Translations under genes and position numbers: made by a program
Source of the DNA: a virus
Lineage: Duplodnaviria > Caudoviricetes
DNA length: 57,158 bases
Reading direction: 5' to 3' (one strand)
Virus record (IMG/VR): IMGVR_UViG_3300032373_001148
Location: 1-57,158 of that record
Part shown: in pieces, positions 29,443 to 39,170 of the stretch
How positions within the stretch are numbered: position 1 is the first letter of the stretch
How the letters are laid out: every line of letters starts with the position of its first letter
The notes under the pieces: generated by a model
Databases searched by the model: none
What the model saw: only the letters and a program-made list of their open reading frames with translations
Told to the model about the DNA's origin: nothing

Positions 29443-31584
29443 TTATATACCCTGGCCAAAGCGGCTCTTTACACCCACTTCGGCGGCAAACATGCGCTCT
29501 TTCGAGGTGGTTGCCATGGATGCCAGCTCAAGCTTGGTCTTCAGGTCTTCAAGGGACATATTCATCTTGTCCGCATGGATTATCAGGGCCGTTTCTTGCT
29601 CGACCTTGGAAATCTGCATGCGGCCTTCGATTTCCATCTGTTTGACCATCATTTCTGGCGGCTGTTGCGGTTCCGCATCTGCTTCCTGTGCAATCTTCTC
29701 TTTCAGTTCTTCATCGGTGATGATGACTTCATCAGCTGGGATCATCATGGATTGGACCAACTTCCGCAGGATGGGTGCTGCCTTCAACAGCGGGCCAATG
29801 GCCGGGTGTGCGGTCATGTTGGCCAGGGCCATAAGGTTCTGTGATTGAACCTCACGCACCAGCAATACACTGGTCCCACGGGCATCAACCTCAAAGTCGC
29901 CCTTAATGTATTCCTTATCGGAAAACTGCATGTTCCAGTCGTACATACGCCGGATGTTGGGCACCGTGATGTCATCGTCAAAGTTCTTGACCATGCGGCG
30001 GAAAACGACATTTACAGCATTCATCAGCATGGCCATACCGCCCGATGTCTGGGTCGTATGTGCGCCCTGCTCACCTTGGGAAATGACGGAAATGTTGGTG
30101 GACGAATCAATTGCCTCGGCGGCCAACTTGATGATGGCCATCAACTCGCCTTGATGGCTGTCGATGTTGTGAATATGAAAACCAAGTTTCCCGGCCGGAG
30201 CATCTTGCTTACGCAGCCATACCTTACCGGACGTCAGGGTGTAGTTATCATCAGCCGGTTCAATGACGCTGGTATCAACCTCAATCTGCGGACGAGCACA
30301 CAGCCCCGCATTGTCCATCATCATGCGCCATGCTCCGGCGCTGGCTTTCTGCGGGTCACGCATGACAGCGGGGATGCCAAAGCCCCAAATGGAACTTTCA
30401 TCCTTTTCCAGATTGAAGATGGAATAGATACCCTCTCCTGAATCCAGGTGATGAATGCCAAACTTGAGCACTTCGCCTTCACAGAACCAGAGCACCACGT
30501 TCATTTCTTGTAGTGGATCGGCTTCGATGGTTTCAAGAACGTCTTCTTTGCCCAGGCAGCGGCATACGTCTTTCATGTCTTCTTCGCTAAGCGGCCCGCG
30601 ATATTCCCAGACTTGATAGCGCCCATCCATAGGGGCGTTGCTTTCGCCTGAAATATTGCGCAACTCGGCAAGATAGTTCGGCTGCGGTCGTGTTTGCTTG
30701 TCCGTCAGAATGCGCCGGATGGCGTCCTTATCAAAACCGGGTTGCTTGGCAAGACCGCGCATCTCCTTTGTGGTGAAGAGATGACGTTCGAAATTGCTTT
30801 CGGATTCCTCAATGCGGCGTGCGTCGGACTCCGGAAAAAAGCTCCACGGATCAACCCAGACGATGGCTGGGCGGCTGTCTTCGACAAAACCGAGCTGATA
30901 GCCGCTGTCGTCATCGTCCGCGGGCTTGGCCCATGAACGACGGGTGCGGTCTTCCGCAGCAATGGGGCCCTTCAAAATTCCGGTGCCGATCTTACAGGCG
31001 TCGCGGATGGCATCGCGAGAATGAATGGCATAGCCACATTCGGTTAATTGATCTTCAATTTCCAACTGCATGGCTTCGGCGCGTTTCCGAGCCTCATCCA
31101 TCTCAGCTTTCAATTGCTGAGCATTGCCGTAATGGGCGGCTGCCTGTTCGGCCTGTTCCTTGGCCGCTTCGCCATCGCCAGCCTCTTGTCTTTCATTGGC
31201 ACCTTGTAAGGCCTGTTCCCCGGCCTCAAGTGAAGACTGTGCTTGTTTGGTCAGTTCCGGGACGGGTGTTGCCCTAATACCCCAGTTCCGATCATCGGTG
31301 GGGTATAGCATATCCGACAGCCGCGCTTCGCATGCATTGGTCTTGGGCCGGGTCTCATTGATAAACAGCGTGGACTTTTCAGCTCTTTCAAGTTTGGCCT
31401 TGATGTCAGGCTCATATTCACCTTGGAACTGGCGCAGGTCCATCAACCAGCGCTTTTCAACGTTTTGACGCTTGGCCACGCGGTCGCTGGCTTCTGTTTC
31501 CAGCCGTCCAATGATGGCGCCAAGAGCCTCTTTCAGCCGAACCTTTTCATTCTCTTGGGCCTGTTGGTCCAGGTGTTGTTCCAT
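29443..31584 (-). CDS. Portal protein
   Basis: ~713 aa after terminase; GTGILKGP, VDPWSFFP, WGFGIP. Confidence 0.85.
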   Translation of the reverse strand: MEQHLDQQAQENEKVRLKEALGAIIGRLETEASDRVAKRQNVEKRWLMDLRQFQGEYEPDIKAKLERAEKSTLFINETRPKTNACEARLSDMLYPTDDRNWGIRATPVPELTKQAQSSLEAGEQALQGANERQEAGDGEAAKEQAEQAAAHYGNAQQLKAEMDEARKRAEAMQLEIEDQLTECGYAIHSRDAIRDACKIGTGILKGPIAAEDRTRRSWAKPADDDDSGYQLGFVEDSRPAIVWVDPWSFFPESDARRIEESESNFERHLFTTKEMRGLAKQPGFDKDAIRRILTDKQTRPQPNYLAELRNISGESNAPMDGRYQVWEYRGPLSEEDMKDVCRCLGKEDVLETIEADPLQEMNVVLWFCEGEVLKFGIHHLDSGEGIYSIFNLEKDESSIWGFGIPAVMRDPQKASAGAWRMMMDNAGLCARPQIEVDTSVIEPADDNYTLTSGKVWLRKQDAPAGKLGFHIHNIDSHQGELMAIIKLAAEAIDSSTNISVISQGEQGAHTTQTSGGMAMLMNAVNVVFRRMVKNFDDDITVPNIRRMYDWNMQFSDKEYIKGDFEVDARGTSVLLVREVQSQNLMALANMTAHPAIGPLLKAAPILRKLVQSMMIPADEVIITDEELKEKIAQEADAEPQQPPEMMVKQMEIEGRMQISKVEQETALIIHADKMNMSLEDLKTKLELASMATTSKERMFAAEVGVKSRFGQGI

Positions 31585-32057
31585 TACCAAGAACTCGGTG
31601 CCCGGAAGGTCAAGACCAAGCCAAGATCAGTGGTGGCGGCAAAGGTCGGCGTAGCCCGTGAAAGGATCGCGGCGTATAGGTTCAAAGTCGTTTGCGTGGG
31701 GTCGAGCTTAAAGCTTAGGTCCAGGTTGACGGCCCGACTGATTGAATTGTCGGCAAAGACATGATGGGTCGTGACCGGCACAACCCCGATGATCTTGGTG
31801 ATGTCCGCATCGGCGATATCTTGCGCCACGTTGTTGGTGAAGGTCGTTGCCGATGGGTTGGAACCGAACAACAAGATATCCAGATTTGCCGATTGAATGG
31901 CAAGGTCGGTGACCAAGATATGATCTAGGATGACCGCGCCTTTGGTGTTTTTGAAGGCCGAAAGATCGATGGTCTGAAGACCGCCAATGTTATCGCCAGA
32001 GGCATAGATGTTGGTATCGACTGTCGGAGACAGAGCGAATGAATAAACTGCGTCCAT
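31584..32057 (-). CDS. Hypothetical beta-rich protein
   Basis: Coupled to portal (TAATG); AAGGA RBS. Confidence 0.55.
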   Translation of the reverse strand: MDAVYSFALSPTVDTNIYASGDNIGGLQTIDLSAFKNTKGAVILDHILVTDLAIQSANLDILLFGSNPSATTFTNNVAQDIADADITKIIGVVPVTTHHVFADNSISRAVNLDLSFKLDPTQTTLNLYAAILSRATPTFAATTDLGLVLTFRAPSSW

Positions 32058-32073
32058 GATGCGCAAATCCTTT

Positions 32074-32832
32074 TTAGTAACCGACTGAGGCATCCCCGGA
32101 AGCGCCGGAAGTAAAGCCATGAGTCTTTGGTATTTCGACGGCCATCCGAGCAAGACCGGATGTTTTTTGGCCTTTGGCGTTAACGGCAGGTGTCACCAGA
32201 TACCGGGTGGCATCCATAAGGTGATCAAATTTTTTGACGATTTTTCCGTCTTCATCGCGGTGGTATTGGCGATATTCGTCACACCAGTTCAATAAACTGC
32301 TGAACACCTTGAGGCGCCCCGTTGAAAGCCGTTCCCATACGTTGTAAATACCCGCTTCAACCGCGTTGTTGGCTGGCTCCAGATTGAGATCCAGCGCGCG
32401 ATATGTCGCGATAAGCTGTTCCCCATCATCTTGAGATCGGCCATTTGCCGCAGGATCAATCACGCCCGGTATCCATTCGCCCCGCGCTTTGATGGCAGTG
32501 GCGTGAATGCTTGGCTCGGCCTGTCCTCGATAATGTTCGGTGTAGAGGTAGATAACATCCGCCTCACGGTCCCACGCACCCCATACGGCGGCGGTTCTGT
32601 TCCAGCCCACGTCCAGCGCGTAACAGCGTGCCCAGTGGGGCGGGATTATGATTGGATCAATGACAAATTCACTTTCCGCAACGGGATAAATTGCCCCCGC
32701 GCCAAGTGTTGGGATGCCTTTTTCTCGCGCATCTCGTTCATGCGGGGAAAAAGTTGCAATGATTGTCTTTCGTTCTTCGTCGGTATAATGGTCGACATCG
32801 TGAATTGTCATGCGCGTGACGTGCCGGCTCAT
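32074..32832 (-). CDS. terL: Terminase large subunit, C-terminal nuclease part
   Basis: ALDVGWNRTAAVW, IDPAA, FDHLMDATRY (RNase H-like). Confidence 0.85.
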   Translation of the reverse strand: MSRHVTRMTIHDVDHYTDEERKTIIATFSPHERDAREKGIPTLGAGAIYPVAESEFVIDPIIIPPHWARCYALDVGWNRTAAVWGAWDREADVIYLYTEHYRGQAEPSIHATAIKARGEWIPGVIDPAANGRSQDDGEQLIATYRALDLNLEPANNAVEAGIYNVWERLSTGRLKVFSSLLNWCDEYRQYHRDEDGKIVKKFDHLMDATRYLVTPAVNAKGQKTSGLARMAVEIPKTHGFTSGASGDASVGY

Positions 32833-33569
32833 TTCATTGCCCTCATATCAACGTCACTGAGAAACATCCGAACAACGTCAGACATGCCCTGAAGTGGCGT
32901 GAATGTCACAATTGTGAAGATGCCTGCTTGTCCGCGCTGCGTTCTGGTACGACCTTCTGAGTAGATGTCCATGGGCGGTTCTTCATCAAACCAAACCCCG
33001 TCGATTGTTGGGCCTTGCCACTTTTTGCGACCCTTCTCATAGGATTTAAAAAACAGAACGGACTCGCCAGATTGTATGTCCCCACCACCGCCATGCCTGA
33101 CGGTAATGCTATCTAGCAAATCGGCGACACCCCTTGCCCTCGTGGTATCAATAATGGCATCGCCAGGGATTGCGCCTGTTCCCCAAGCATCTTCTCGCTC
33201 TGGCGGTCCAACCAGAATGTTTTGTGGGTTGTCTCGGGTACTTTCTCCAGATTCACCGGATGCCCAAAACTTCACTGGCTTCTTGAATTCCATCCCTTTC
33301 CACCAGTCTGGATAGCGACCGGTTAGATGGATGGCCCATTCATTTCCACCAGACAGGGTTTTTCCCAATTGGTTTCCAGCCATGAACAAGCGCTCGTTAT
33401 GCTCAGCTCCGGCGTTATGGAATTCGATTTGTTTAGTGTAAGGACGGTACGCGGCCAGTTTGTTTCTGTCCGTCCTTCGTTTTAACTCCGTGATCAGTGC
33501 CGCCCGTTCCTCCAAGCACGTCCGTAAGCGCGTTATCGAGGTCTCTGATGCGCTGAATAAGCTGCTCAT
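32829..33569 (-). CDS. terL: Terminase large subunit, N-terminal ATPase part (P22 gp2-like)
   Basis: PYTKQIEFH, Walker A AGNQLGKT, Walker B VWFDEEP, TFTP; start uncertain. Confidence 0.85.
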   Translation of the reverse strand: MSSLFSASETSITRLRTCLEERAALITELKRRTDRNKLAAYRPYTKQIEFHNAGAEHNERLFMAGNQLGKTLSGGNEWAIHLTGRYPDWWKGMEFKKPVKFWASGESGESTRDNPQNILVGPPEREDAWGTGAIPGDAIIDTTRARGVADLLDSITVRHGGGGDIQSGESVLFFKSYEKGRKKWQGPTIDGVWFDEEPPMDIYSEGRTRTQRGQAGIFTIVTFTPLQGMSDVVRMFLSDVDMRAMK

Positions 33570-33909
33570 CCGTCATATCCTCTAGGGGGTTGAGATTGAC
33601 GTTTAGCTCCTTGGGCAGAATGGCTACACAAGCCTTTACATAGGCGACGGGGGAGCCCGTCCTGACCTTTTCAATTGTTGTTATGCCGTGCTTATCAAAG
33701 TCATCCGCTAGTGCTTTTAGAAAAGCCTCCCCAAGCCTATTACGGCTTCCTTTAGGGCGGCCTTTGTTTCCGGGCTTGAACTGATGCTCTACAGGAGGTT
33801 TGCCAGGGCCAACGTCAGCCCGTTTTCCTCCCGTATTATCGGGTAATGGCGTTTTTGATTTTGATGGTGCCCGAGAGCTTCTCTTCTCAGGCGTTGTCCT
33901 CTTCGCCAT
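33433..33909 (-). CDS. terS: Terminase small subunit (DUF5681-like)
   Basis: PPVEHQFKPGNKGRPKGSRN motif; GGAGG RBS. Confidence 0.8.
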   Translation of the reverse strand: MAKRTTPEKRSSRAPSKSKTPLPDNTGGKRADVGPGKPPVEHQFKPGNKGRPKGSRNRLGEAFLKALADDFDKHGITTIEKVRTGSPVAYVKACVAILPKELNVNLNPLEDMTDEQLIQRIRDLDNALTDVLGGTGGTDHGVKTKDGQKQTGRVPSLH

Positions 33910-34093
33910 GGTCTTCCTCCGGGCGGCTTCGAGAAGCGTCCCTCTGGACCCGGTGCTGCTCAGCCCTCTGGCGGTTCAGTCCGGTGTTATGTGGGGGTGT
34001 GGGCGGAGCGGTTTTGGGCCAGCTCCGCCCGGTGACGACGCGTAACCCCCGTCAGCGTCTTCACGGGTGTGTCTGTCGCGTGGGGGGCGCGGG

Positions 34094-34243
34094 TTAATGG
34101 ATGTTTGCTTCGTAGTCTTCGCGACGGTCCAGGCTGTTGTGCGTCACGACACCGTCTTCGTCCTGTGGTCGACACCAGCAATCGATGCTTTCCTCATGCT
34201 CTTTGAGGTCGCCAACAGGAAGGACGTGAACACGCTCAACCAT
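34094..34243 (-). CDS. 49-aa His/Cys protein (absent from the ORF track)
   Basis: MVERVHVLPVGDLKEHEESIDCWCRPQ...; TAATG coupling to the upstream gene. Confidence 0.55.
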   Translation of the reverse strand: MVERVHVLPVGDLKEHEESIDCWCRPQDEDGVVTHNSLDRREDYEANIH

Positions 34244-34920
34244 TACTTAGGCCATTCCCAGTAACGGTACGGGTTTGATGTGTCGTCAGGCGTATCTCGC
34301 AAATTCACCGACGTTTCGTCCGCGACGGGCGAACAATCAAAAAACACCTTCAGGTTCACGCAACCATCACTCCACACCGCTGTAACGATGGCTGGGTGAT
34401 CGCGGTGACCATTCGATTTTTTAACCGGGTTGCCCTCGTGGTCCTTGGTGGGTTGAAAATAGACCACGGTATCACCGATCCTCGGCTTTCTAGGCCTCAC
34501 CTCTTGCTCAATGACGTTCTGGCTCCACCTATTTCCGGAAGCGCCAAGCGGCCTGTGATGCACCTTCACCATTTCATAGGAGACAATGGCCGCCAAAATG
34601 CGTTGCCATGTCTCTTCGGTGAGCATGCCGTCCGGAAGGTCATTGCCGCGGTGATGATCTTCTCCTGCCCGCGGAATACGGCTGGATGCTTCACAGCCCA
34701 AATACCCGCTGATATCACCATCCTCATTGGTGTGTTGGCTCACCCTCAGGTGATACCAATTATTTGCGGTGTAGATGCGGATCGCTAACTCTTCGTGGGC
34801 AACGCCACCAATAGAGCCTTGCCCGCTCTGCTCCACAACTTCAACGCTGTCACAAATGTCGGTGGTTTTGTAATTCAGGTCGCGTGCGACCCATGCCTTA
34901 AATTCTTCGATGGTAGCCAT
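34243..34920 (-). CDS. Hypothetical two-domain protein, first late gene
   Basis: AAGGAGG RBS before ATG 34920; C-terminal PRIGDTVVY...PAIVTAVW...VNLKVF. Confidence 0.6.
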   Translation of the reverse strand: MATIEEFKAWVARDLNYKTTDICDSVEVVEQSGQGSIGGVAHEELAIRIYTANNWYHLRVSQHTNEDGDISGYLGCEASSRIPRAGEDHHRGNDLPDGMLTEETWQRILAAIVSYEMVKVHHRPLGASGNRWSQNVIEQEVRPRKPRIGDTVVYFQPTKDHEGNPVKKSNGHRDHPAIVTAVWSDGCVNLKVFFDCSPVADETSVNLRDTPDDTSNPYRYWEWPK

Positions 34921-34969
34921 AACGGCCTCCTTTGCTTGGAACAAGTGCCGACGCCATAACGGCTGACAC

Positions 34970-35054
34970 AAAAAACCCGCCGCGGGGGTCCGGGCGGGCT
35001 CTAGGCGCAATTTCTAAGATGCGTAATAATGTCAGTTGACGGCCCCCGCGTCAA
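34970..35054 (-). promoter_or_regulatory. Putative late promoter with a proximal terminator (pR'/tR'-like)
   Basis: TTGACG-N17-CATTAT (35054..35026), then a GC hairpin with T6 at 35000..34970. Confidence 0.6.
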
Positions 35055-35108
35055 TAATTTGTTCCCGTTTTGTTTTAATGGGGCAGATGTGGTGGTTAAG
35101 CTTCCAGA

Positions 35109-35300
35109 TTATCTGTCGACAATTGCCTTTTGTAGCACTGCAAAGTCAGACTTCAACTCCGCGTTGACGGCCCGCAGCCGCTCGATCTCATGGGCCAGAG
35201 TATCAAATTCTTCCCAGTCGATGTCTGGTCCACGGCGGTACAGATTCCCCACTCTGCGACGGTTTTGGTCTTCCAGAACTTCATCAGCGGTGCTCATCAC
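35109..35300 (-). CDS. Hypothetical protein
   Basis: Coupled small ORF. Confidence 0.5.
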   Translation of the reverse strand: MMSTADEVLEDQNRRRVGNLYRRGPDIDWEEFDTLAHEIERLRAVNAELKSDFAVLQKAIVDR

Positions 35301-35650
35301 TCCCCCTTCGCCGCGTCGAGCATGGTAGGCTGTGCCGGTTTCCAGTGCTTTTTTACCATAGTGGCATCAACCATTCCTGCCGGGTTAATGCTCCTGTCTA
35401 TCTCATTAATCATGTTTGAAAGCAGATACCCCTCGTCTTTCGATAACCCATCGCCATTCCAATAGGCAACTAGCATTCTGTATGCGTGTTCTCGCACGAC
35501 CATCCCGCCCGGAAGCCTGTCGCCGGGGCGGATGGTGGATAGGGCGGCCAAAGCGTATGCTCGATCAAGATCACGAGGCGGCGCGCATTTCCACGCCTCA
35601 TCATCTATAGCCTTAGCCACGCGCTCGACCAGTTCGTTTTCGTCGGTCAT
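35297..35650 (-). CDS. Hypothetical protein
   Basis: Coupled ORF; ELVERVAKAI N-terminus common in small phage proteins. Confidence 0.55.
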   Translation of the reverse strand: MTDENELVERVAKAIDDEAWKCAPPRDLDRAYALAALSTIRPGDRLPGGMVVREHAYRMLVAYWNGDGLSKDEGYLLSNMINEIDRSINPAGMVDATMVKKHWKPAQPTMLDAAKGE

Positions 35651-35970
35651 TTCTCAATCTCCTGTGCCTTGGCGCGAAGGATGGCGGCTACCCAGGCGGC
35701 TGACGTAGTGCTGGCTGATGCCCATTCAGGAGCAGCCTCCAAGGGGTTGCCAACTGCCACGCTATTATTGTGGATTAAAAACTCCCACCCCGACAGCACC
35801 GCGTCGTGCAGGGCCTTGGCTGCGTTTAAGGAACCGGATAATGCCGAAACAACTCCCGGATCAAGCTCATCGTCACACAGCAAGGCGGTTCCGATAGCTT
35901 TCTCAAGTTCGTAACTTGTCTCACCGTCCTCAACCATATCCGCCAGCTTAAACAGTTCATCCTTTGTCAT
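35647..35970 (-). CDS. Hypothetical protein
   Basis: Coupled ORF; SLNAAKALHDAVLSGW. Confidence 0.55.
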   Translation of the reverse strand: MTKDELFKLADMVEDGETSYELEKAIGTALLCDDELDPGVVSALSGSLNAAKALHDAVLSGWEFLIHNNSVAVGNPLEAAPEWASASTTSAAWVAAILRAKAQEIEK

Positions 35971-36194
35971 TTCTCGCCCCTTTCGCGTTTTCCGTCTTCG
36001 GTCGTTTATCGTCCATCACCCACCAAATCTTCCAAAATGCACTTGAACTTGCACTCAACGATGAAATTCATAATCCATTTAAAGCTGCGCACATGATCGT
36101 TTGCATCTTCCACATAATCAAACCCGCCCAAATACTGAAAATCAGGCACATCCTGTGGATAATCATCAACTCTCCGCCTGACCCACATGACCTA

Positions 36195-36914
36195 TCACTC
36201 CCCCACTCTCGGCACCTTGCCCTCATGTTCCGCCCTTGCCAGCTTGACGGCAAAGTCGCGGATGGTGTTGATCAGCGGTTCAGCGAACAATCCCTTGCGC
36301 ACATGGAATTTTGCTTCGAAGTATCCAAGGGTGCGACCTTCCTCGACAACGCTGATTACCAATTCAAACGGGGATATCGACAAATGCCGCCCTTTTCCAA
36401 CAGGGACTCCGTTGTATTGGTGCGCCTCCACCCAGGGTCGGTAAACATGGGACAGCATCAGATCCTGACGCTTGCTCAGCCGCTCAACCGGATGGGTGAA
36501 CGTCTTGGTGCTGGTGTCGACCCGCTCGCCGATCTGCCCGCCGCTGCCCGTCAAACCTGACGAGAGCTTCTGGCGCAATTCCAACAGCTCCTGAATCGTC
36601 CTCTCATCGTCCTTGGTCAACGTTCCGGCCTGAACCAACACGACAACCGGGTCTTTGCCTATCTTCTCCGCCGTCTGGCGGGTCGGTCCGTCCGGCTTTT
36701 GCGAGCGATCCACCATGTTGCGTTCAAACCGCTCAATTTCCTCCTGAGTGGCCGCGCACAACGCATCGCATAAGCCCTGAAAATCAGCATCATCCGACAG
36801 CGCGGCACGTTCGATGGCGATCTTGAACTGTCGCAGCCGCGTCGCGAACCCATCCGGATTGTTCAACCCGGCGCGACACAGTTTCTGAAATGCGGTCACT
36901 TCACCCATGCTCAT
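36195..36914 (-). CDS. Hypothetical protein, possible late-gene regulator
   Basis: Near the end of the early-right operon; helical C-terminus. Role inferred from position only. Confidence 0.45.
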   Translation of the reverse strand: MSMGEVTAFQKLCRAGLNNPDGFATRLRQFKIAIERAALSDDADFQGLCDALCAATQEEIERFERNMVDRSQKPDGPTRQTAEKIGKDPVVVLVQAGTLTKDDERTIQELLELRQKLSSGLTGSGGQIGERVDTSTKTFTHPVERLSKRQDLMLSHVYRPWVEAHQYNGVPVGKGRHLSISPFELVISVVEEGRTLGYFEAKFHVRKGLFAEPLINTIRDFAVKLARAEHEGKVPRVGE

Positions 36915-37251
36915 TTCCTTCCTTTTCAACGAAACGAAACCCAACGTTCCGGATGGTTTCGATGCCTAGGCGCGTGTTGGCCAGCAGCTTGCGCAGCGTC
37001 ACCATGCGAACATCGATACTGCGATCACATGGACCGCCGTTCGGGTCTGCTCCATACAGGCAGTCCATGATGAACTCTCGTCGGGCCACCCGTGGCCAAA
37101 CGTCCATCAGGACGGCCACGATCTGCCCATCCATGGGGCGCAGCTTGAAAATTTCCCCATCGACGTGCAATTCATGGGCGCCGTCGTCTATCCAAAACCA
37201 AGGTTCAGCCTTGATGTGGCCACAGGCGGGGCATGGCGTTGGTTTTTGCAT
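36901..37251 (-). CDS. Stand-alone OmpR/PhoB-type winged-helix protein
   Basis: RSIDVRMVTLRKLL...IETIRNVGFRF; no receiver domain; N-terminal CxxC. Confidence 0.75.
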   Translation of the reverse strand: MQKPTPCPACGHIKAEPWFWIDDGAHELHVDGEIFKLRPMDGQIVAVLMDVWPRVARREFIMDCLYGADPNGGPCDRSIDVRMVTLRKLLANTRLGIETIRNVGFRFVEKEGNEHG

Positions 37252-37255
37252 ATAC

Positions 37256-37558
37256 CTACCCCTCCGCCCGGGTCATCGACGCCGGGGTTTCCCCGGACCA
37301 TCCGTGAAGCGCCGGTATCATTCCGGTGCCCATGATGATGTATTCGAACGTGTCCGGACCCAGTCGACGCTGAAACAGAGCCACCTTGCCAAGTTTGCAC
37401 TGGTGAACGGCCACCGCGGCCTTACGGTCGATTTCACGAATTTTGTGCCGACCTTCGCCGCGGTCACGGGCAAGATTGCCAACGTGGTAGACCCGCACAT
37501 CACCGGCCACGACACGATAGACATCTTTGGTCTTGATCACGGTGTCGAAATCAATCAT
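37256..37558 (-). CDS. Hypothetical protein
   Basis: YHVGNLARDR...LFQRR motif. Confidence 0.55.
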   Translation of the reverse strand: MIDFDTVIKTKDVYRVVAGDVRVYHVGNLARDRGEGRHKIREIDRKAAVAVHQCKLGKVALFQRRLGPDTFEYIIMGTGMIPALHGWSGETPASMTRAEG

Positions 37559-38022
37559 TTGCGGACCTTCAACGCGGACCCGGCAATGTGGGTGCGTCCT
37601 TCATGGTGCTCGCAGTAACTTTTCCCCGGTTGCCGGGGCAGCCCGCAATACAGATCGTCAATGCTCAGACCGTCCGGGCGCTGCTTGGGATCGCCCTGGA
37701 TAAACCGGCACCCATTTTCAACCCGCAGGTGGCTGTGGTCTTCCTGATCGAACTGCTTTTTGGTCGTTTTCAGCAGGTCGCGCTTAACCTTGCGCTTTTT
37801 CGCCAGTTTTGTGCGGGCTGTCATTTTTCCGGGGGCCTTTTTCACGACTGGGTTTTTTTCCGTTCGACACAGCCCCATGCGGTTCGCCGTTCCGATGACC
37901 GCATTCTTCCCGACGCCAAGGACTTCGCCGATCATGCGGGCAGACAGGCCGCTGGTCGTGTACAGCCGCTCAAGCTCGGCCTTCATCTCCGGTGTCCATG
38001 TGGTTTTGGTGATCGCGTTCAT
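37555..38022 (-). CDS. gcrA: GcrA-like cell-cycle regulator
   Basis: WTPE...GLSARMIG...KNAVIGTANRMGL; CRFIQGDP...YCG...SYCEHH. Confidence 0.85.
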   Translation of the reverse strand: MNAITKTTWTPEMKAELERLYTTSGLSARMIGEVLGVGKNAVIGTANRMGLCRTEKNPVVKKAPGKMTARTKLAKKRKVKRDLLKTTKKQFDQEDHSHLRVENGCRFIQGDPKQRPDGLSIDDLYCGLPRQPGKSYCEHHEGRTHIAGSALKVRK

Positions 38023-39170
38023 TGCTCAGATCCTTTCACGGCCTTTGGTCCATAGCCGAATTCAGCCAAAATATCCGGTGGGCATTCGCAGTTCCGATCG
38101 GTTGGGATGGCGCCATAACGATCCATCCAGAACCCCTCATTTTGCAGAAAGGCCTTGATGCGCAGCCGCCATGTGTTGCTTTCGTTGTCCTGGTGAACAC
38201 CGCCTTGGTCGCGGGCCTGATAGCCTCCGCCTCCTTCCGGCATGGGTCGCTTTTCCGCTTTGATGGCCGCAGCAATCGCGGAATCCAGGTAGTGCATCAC
38301 GGTCGGGGGGAAGCTGTTTCCGCGGGACTTGAACTTTTCCAGTTCGCAAAGCGCAACTTCACGGACCAGTTCCGGACTTGCCCCCGCCTCGATCCAGCGC
38401 CGCGCCGTCGCTCCAGCCTGATTGTCGGCCCCGGCCATGCCAGGGCGCGAAGCCAGATAGGCCGTACCGAACACCTCTTTTCGCGCTTCTAGGTACGTTT
38501 TCACCATCAGGTCTGATGGCGTTTCGCCACGCGGTTCAACAGGTTCATGCTGATCGGCCAGCGGGGGCTTGCGCCTCAAAAATTCAGGGATGTACAGCAG
38601 GTCATCTTCGGCATTGTCCGGAACAACACCACCAACAGGCGGTTTATCGTTTTGCTCAGCGCCAGAGATTGCACAAGGTTGTTGTTGTTTATCTTCTATA
38701 TGGCTTCTGGCATCTGGTATCTGGTCCGCGTGCGTATGCTTGCCAAGAATGGAAAGCCCTTTTTCTTCTATGTCGTTGTTTTCTTTAGAGACAGTTTTGT
38801 TTTCGTCGTTTTCTTTTTCATTTTTATCTGACTTTTTCTTGGTTTTTTCTCCACCTTTCACGCCGTTTTCGCTCAGTTTTTCGGCTTCTTTTTCATTCAA
38901 AGGCAATTCTCGGTCAGCCCGTCCGTTGCTCAAGTGGCCTTCATTTTCGTAAATTTTACCCATGCCGATCAGGTCATCGCGGATCTGTTTCCATTTGCGC
39001 GTGGAACATCCGCATTGTCTGGCAATCTCTTGGGGGCTATCTGGTATAGGACCACCACGTACATAAATGAGGTCGAGTATCATTGAATAAGCGCCCTTTT
39101 GCTCCAATGACATGAGCGCCGTTCCCGCAATGAAATCACCCGGATATCGTTTGTACCAAGGACGCGCCAT
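38019..39170 (-). CDS. Replication initiator (DUF1376/YdaU-like)
   Basis: PWYKRYPGDFIAGTALMSLEQKGAY; adjacent to dnaB. Confidence 0.75.
   Translation of the reverse strand: MARPWYKRYPGDFIAGTALMSLEQKGAYSMILDLIYVRGGPIPDSPQEIARQCGCSTRKWKQIRDDLIGMGKIYENEGHLSNGRADRELPLNEKEAEKLSENGVKGGEKTKKKSDKNEKENDENKTVSKENNDIEEKGLSILGKHTHADQIPDARSHIEDKQQQPCAISGAEQNDKPPVGGVVPDNAEDDLLYIPEFLRRKPPLADQHEPVEPRGETPSDLMVKTYLEARKEVFGTAYLASRPGMAGADNQAGATARRWIEAGASPELVREVALCELEKFKSRGNSFPPTVMHYLDSAIAAAIKAEKRPMPEGGGGYQARDQGGVHQDNESNTWRLRIKAFLQNEGFWMDRYGAIPTDRNCECPPDILAEFGYGPKAVKGSEQ

Noticed and set aside
38750-38900. Replication origin iterons inside the DUF1376 gene
   Set aside because: The A/T-rich tract is suggestive, but I could not identify discrete iterons.
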